64,000 nt of DNA from Novakomyces olei (Eukaryota), in NCBI GenBank assembly GCA_016906335.1, contig JADEYG010000007.1, positions 930,001-994,000 on the forward strand. The letters run 5' to 3'. Every line of letters starts with the position of its first letter. Position 1 is the stretch's first letter. Positions 58,363-64,000 of this stretch are shown piece by piece. Made by a program: the position numbers and the translations under genes. The notes under the pieces were generated by a model that was not told where the DNA came from, did no database searches, and saw nothing but the letters and a program-made list of their open reading frames with translations.

Positions 58363-61004
58363 ATGCAGGCGACAGGTCGCCGGCTTAACTTGCCGCCGTC
58401 AAAATGTGCTTACTGTACATTTAAATGGCAGCCTCGGCTCCGCCTTCGCCGACCATTCTCGAGCGGCAACGGGGACAGCAGCAACAAGGACACTCCTCAG
58501 CCTTTGAGCCTCAAGGATAAAGTATGAATTGCGCAATGACCTGCTCATGTACTAACATCTAGAACGGTGAACCCAACAATTCAGACTCATTAGCTTCCGA
58601 AGCTCCTCCGCAAATAGTTCCCTGGTATCTTCAGTCTACACAAAATTTGGCACAAGAATCATTTGCTGCTCTTTATCAACGGCCGGAAGAACCGATCCCC
58701 GAGCTACCGGAGGACGCTACTGCAGAAACCCAAAGACTGGCAAAATTCCTGGCACGTGATCAAGGCGTGTCTGACTTGCGCGCGTACGATAATCGCTACT
58801 TTGAGCCAGAAAGTATCGGATGGCGTGACTCGTCATTGACGCTTGTGGGAAGCACTCGGTCCAGTACTCAACTGGCCGCAACTGCTCAAGCAGTACGGCA
58901 GTTTTTAAAACATGAATTACACATTACACCCTCGATTCATGGATTGCCAAAGTCACAAAACATAAAAGTACTCCGGAGACGCCAACGCAAGAAACTGGGC
59001 CGATCTGGTGGGACTATAGAGCGGGAGCCACCTCACTGGGTTATCGTTCAGCCGCTACAAGGACCCTATGGCAATGGTCTGGACAGTGTTGTACTGCACC
59101 TTTTCACACAGGAAAGCAGAGAATTATGGGATTTGGACAGTACGTTGGCTCAGGTGAAGGAACAGGAAATTGACCACGGTCAAGAAGAGCCTTACTCTGG
59201 ATTTGAAGATTTACTGGCGCCCTTACCAAGAAGGCAACGAGGGCAAAAGGCGGATCCATCAAGAGAACAAAGTCGGATTCGGTTCCTTTCGCCGAGGCAA
59301 ACAAGGCAGTACTCTACGCAGACAGATCTACAAGGGCCCAAGTTGAGCAGTATTGAACGTGTTGAAACTAGACGGTCTGAGCCCTCCGGCAAAAGACACA
59401 AGGACGTTCGGCTTATTGACTTTGCTGCTCCGTTCCGGCCGTTTGGTTTTCGAACACGGACAAGCAAATTGACCTCTGCCGAGTTTCGAGACCTTGTCAG
59501 CCAAGTGCGAGCCGCTAAATCCGACCATGCCCCGCTCGACGAGGCAACCCGAATCCTGGTGGATAATGTGCTGGACTATGGCAATTTTGAGAGGGCTACA
59601 CAGCTGTACCATACAAATGCGAGCGCAGTCCCTCTTGAAAAGGCACTCGCCTGTCATGTACGTTACTTGCAGAATTACGACGACAAGACTGAAACATTGG
59701 ATAAATCTGCGGTCGAAAGCTCGTTTAATGAGCTCTTCCGAATTGCAAATAAATTTGGAGCAGTAGAAGGCGGCCAAAATGACCATGTAAACTGGTCACT
59801 ATGGGCTCTGCGTGTCCAGTTTTATGCACTGCTTAATTTCGTATGGCCAAGGCAGTTTCCAGCACAAGGCTTGCTACAGATTCTGGACGAAGCTGAGACT
59901 GTAGGAACTGCGGTTCCACTTGGTATATATTACATGGTAATGGACGCAGCATCATTGGCAAAGACTGTTCATTTAAAGGCAGATAAATCGAATGATACTT
60001 CGGGTCCAGGCTCTCTTGCTGACCGTAATAAATGGCGAAGTCGCGTCCGCAAAAGCATCACAGATAATCGCGTTGCCCTAATATTGCAAGTACTTGAACG
60101 CGTCGAGTTTGATGCAGCAACGGAAACCCGTGACGGGTACTCGGCCCGGATTTTTGTGGCGCTTTACCGTGCTTGCATGCCAGAGGCAGCCAGTTTGCGG
60201 TACCTTTTACCTCAGAATAATGTGAATGATCTCGAAAATGATGGTTATAATTACGACAATAATCATAATTATGCCTGTAACGGATTAGAACTGGCAAAGA
60301 ATTCTTTTGAATTCAGTACAAACTCATCGCTAAGGCTGAACCCAGCTTCATCGCCAGCGTACCGCAAAATAATGGATCCAAGAGCATTTCTAGTGGAAGA
60401 CACAATGGCCTACTTTAATATTCCATGGACTTCAGCCATGGTTTCTGTAGCCATGACGGGTCTGGCCGGGGCTCACAAGTTTGTTGCTCTTTACCGAAGG
60501 TTTCAGCATATGCGTCAAGCCGGAATGAGACTGACTCCACAAATGTGGACGGCACTTTTTGCTCTTGTTGCCGATACCGGTAACGCAAAAGTTGCCATAA
60601 CTGCTCTCGATTATTGGTACCGTGAAATGTGCGACAGCTTTGCTTTTGAGGGCAGTGTGGGAACAAATGACGGAAACAAAGATGACAATACTAATGTAAA
60701 ACTGACACCGGAATTGGCACAAGCACTCGAGGCTTTAGTGCTGCTTGTCGACCCTGATTCACGCATGTCTGGGTACAATAGGGTTCGTCGACATATTAAA
60801 CCGTACATTTCGAACAAGGTCCGCTTAGTGCCAGAGCCACACGGGGAATTAGAGAATGGTGAAGCTCTGAATAAGGATTATTTCAGCGGGAACAAATCGT
60901 CGTCGGGTCGAAATAAAAGCGAAGAAAGCAAAGCGGTAAGAAAGGCGGGGACGGATCACGTTTCAAAGCAGATTAGTATTTTGGAGCAATTGCGGACTGT
61001 TTAA
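58363..61004 (+). CDS. atp25: Mitochondrial ATPase synthesis protein Atp25 (RsfS-like domain plus mRNA-stabilising region), 2 exons
   Basis: Presequence exon from 58363, then PWYLQ, LRRRQRKK and WVIV...VVLHLFTQESRELWDLD. Confidence 0.85.
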
Positions 61005-61122
61005 ACAAACGGAATATGATGATAAAGAGATTTCTAGTCTATATGTATTATGAACATAAATAAATATAAATACGGCCTGAATAATAAAATATTTTTTGAG
61101 ATCGTCCAATGTGTACAACAGT

Positions 61123-64000
61123 CTATTCACTCTGTGCGAGCTGCCTTAGAGTGCGCAACAATTCTGTCATTCTACGCGCCTTTAAAGCCAAACGAAGAGC
61201 CTTTGTTGCAAAATCTTGATCCGTGGTCTGTAGCAAATAAGCTCGTAAAGGTTCTGCAGCCTTACGCGAAATAGCAAAAAGCGTTTGAGCACAAGCCTGA
61301 ACAATATCCTGGTTGGACAGCAAATAATGCTTAAAAATCCAGCAGCTTTTAAGAGCCAGCTGTACCGTGAGAATAGGACTGAAAGGAGACGGATCTGCGC
61401 TTTGCTCTGTAAAGGCAACTGCGACCAGTTCAATAATGGTCAAACTCACAACGGGGCCTTGAGAGTAATCGAGAAATTGGCTGCTGGCGCCCAAAATCTT
61501 TGGACGAAGAGCATTAAATTTTGTAGTGTTTTTCCCGTATAAAGTAAGCAAGCTTTTAGCATACGTAAAGATCTGTGCAATTAACTGTTCGTCCTGAACT
61601 GAAACATTTGTGATATCCAGACAAGCCATCAGTATTTCATAGTGATATTCAAGGCAAGCCGGGTCTAGAGTTTCAGTCTCTAAACTGATATTAGTTGCAG
61701 CGCGAAGAAAAGGCCATTTCAGGCCGTGTTGTCCAATTAAACCGGACACAAGGCGCAACGCTTTTTCAGAACCAAAACAACGGGATAGGGCAGGGATCTG
61801 TGCACATGTAGAAACAGCTTCCATACTGTTTGCGAGTACACTGTCCAAAAGGCCCGGATTTTCTACATTGTGAGCAACTTCCCATAGTTGGGAAAGAAGG
61901 CTCAAAAAAGCATCAAAAAACGTTTCTGTAGCACTAGCTCCATCACTAACAGACATGGAACTGTGTTTGACGCGTTCAACGATTACAAGTGCTAGTTTCG
62001 TCATATAAGCAGGACTGTTTAAGCTCTCAGCCGGCGCCGAAGGCTGCAGTTGATTAGCTTCGCGCACGAAAAGTACAAGGTCGGTGAGGCCTGTAAATAC
62101 AGAGCCACAAGATTCCTGGTTGCAAATTGCTGTTGCCAAAGCTTCAATCAAATTTGCATAAACATCGGTATCATGAGTGTCGGCGAGCGTTGCAGTTATG
62201 CCTTGAACATTGTTCAAAATACAGTCTTTGTCGTGCAAAGCGAACACTTTAAGCGCCAGGGACGCAGTGTAGACTAGTGCGGCTTGTTGCTGGCCGGAAA
62301 AATTCAAACATTGAAGTAGAAAAGGCAGAATTCTTGAGGTTTGTACTGATATTTGGCAGATTTCTGCAACTTGTGTTCGCACAAGATCGCACAAGGCCAG
62401 TCGACCAATGGGGACTGTGAAATTTAATGCTAATTGGAGTACAGATTCGCTTGTAACATAATCCAATAATTCTGGCGGTAGTGGCTGTAGCTGTGCCGCT
62501 ATTTTTGTGAAGTATATTACTCCATCTAGTATCTAAATTGACATTAGAAGGGACAATAAAGAAATAAATAAACAAACAAAGGAATCGATTAAATAGATAT
62601 ATCTGTATTAATCAGGAAAGAATATCATACATAAACAGAATCGGTCGCGACACTATTCTGCAACATGCTAACAATATTCTCGTAATACATTCTCGGGGAC
62701 AGAAAATAAATATTTTCAATCAACTCGGCAAACGATTCTCTTGCGTCGTTAAGAGCCTCTCTTTCCGCTACATTAAACGGCCCCAAGGGAGTAAGTTTCA
62801 GGGATATACAAGACAACAATATTTCAACATCATCTTGTACATTCGATCTTTGTAGCTCGCGGTCATTTTCAAAGCAATCGACCCAATATCCTAGTGAGGT
62901 AAAAGCAATCTGCATATTGTCAAGAGCAGGCCGGCGGATGAATTCAATCATTAGCCTTTTCAATTCCGAGAAAATCTCAGGACTTTCTCGAGCCAGATCT
63001 GATCCATATTCTGTCAAAAGAGATGTAATGATGCATGCAAGATTATAATCCTGAATATCATACTCACCAGAGTCCGATTTCGAAAGAAATTCTGTAACAG
63101 GCTGAAATTCTGTGGATTGAACGCAAATATTCTGTGTAATTTTCATCGCATTGGCCTTTGTTATAGAACCCGACTCTATCATTTGAGTAAGAGCTTGGCT
63201 TGCGCTCTCAAATACATCGCGTTGTCCCAATAGGTCAATTGAACGATCGATAAGGTCCCTTTAAAGTTTAACAATGAACAATGAGCATTTTTCAGTTTCG
63301 TACCTATCTGCAAACTGACCTGAAAAAGCAAGCTGCAACAAACGATAGGTCTCAATGGCACTTGTTGAGTATTCAGGGCTCGATATTGTCTGCCTAACGA
63401 GATCGTTTAACTGTGGTCCCGTACTTTGCAAAAATTCAAAGGACGCGAGCCGATAACCCTTGTCCTTTGCGGTCTCAGGGTCAACTTCGTAGACGATAAG
63501 CCGTAAAATCTCTTCCCAAACCCAAAGAAGGCACTGATACAACCGAATAGCAAAATTGACGCTTTGGCTCAGGTTTTCAGGCAAATCACCAACTGCCTTA
63601 ATTGCATCTTCTGTAGTCATCTTTAATACGCTCTCGGCCAAGTAAACACAGCATTTCTGCAGAGTATTCTGACTCGCCTGGTCAGCAATAAGTCTTACAC
63701 AGACCTGCACAACGAGGCCAATATGCTCAGGCAAAACATGCTTGAAAGAAGTGCTAAAGACAATTAGAAATCTATTTTAATAAAAAGCCGTACACATAGT
63801 TTCCTACAAACCAGACGACAATAAACCTGACTCGTTCGTCCTGTCGATTAACAAATGGATCAAGAGTATTTCATTTACATTATTTTCCAGAGCAGAAAAA
63901 GCTATGTTGAAGGCTTCTGGCGATCCGTTATTGCCAAACTCCGTTAGCGCGTTCGAAATTTTTGCAATGAGCTCTGTATTTGCAGCGTTATACGGTGCAT
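61123..64000 (-). CDS. Importin-beta family karyopherin (Imp13/Kap122/Kap111-like), 5' end outside window
   Basis: Leu-rich helical HEAT-like sequence over four or more exons, with an LGYWVDCFE...DARESFAELIENIY pattern. Confidence 0.6.

Noticed and set aside
61016-61080. ATGATGA...CTGA C/D-like pair
   Set aside because: AT-rich 3' UTR with no rRNA-complementary guide and no terminal stem.

Overview
Gene-dense, intron-containing eukaryotic DNA from an ascomycete fungus. It is probably an early-diverging (Taphrinomycotina-like) yeast, judged from protein similarity to Schizosaccharomyces, 33-50 nt introns with CTRAY branch points close to the acceptor, and gene neighbourhoods that recall S. 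pombe. I reconstructed about 25 protein-coding genes, mostly housekeeping: GH81 glucanase, Gef2/Bud3 RhoGEF, Pol iota, Dcc1, WDR48/Bun107, Cpd1, Icp55, an AlkB-like dioxygenase, Med7, Cap1, Sft1, a PRRC2-like protein, Trm82, CreC, CreD/Rod1, Ecm31, Gid8, an SDR, a GATase, Kar5/Tht1, a Ste20/Shk1 PAK, an orphan low-complexity protein, Pgi1, Atp25 and a partial importin-beta. There is also one tRNA-Cys and many AT-rich tandem repeats. Main observations: (1) both long GID8 introns carry box C/D snoRNAs, one of them a double guide joining U79-type and U58-type targets; (2) a ~600-nt region with no recognisable ORF at 54.7-55.3 kb folds into a long collinear rod with a CR4/5-like junction and is followed by an intron-like sequence (telomerase-RNA-like, unproven); (3) creC and creD are adjacent, with WDR48 and GID8 nearby; (4) AAG/GAG splice acceptors are frequent; (5) TTAGGG telo-boxes occur in promoters. 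Exon boundaries were worked out by hand, and no database search was possible.
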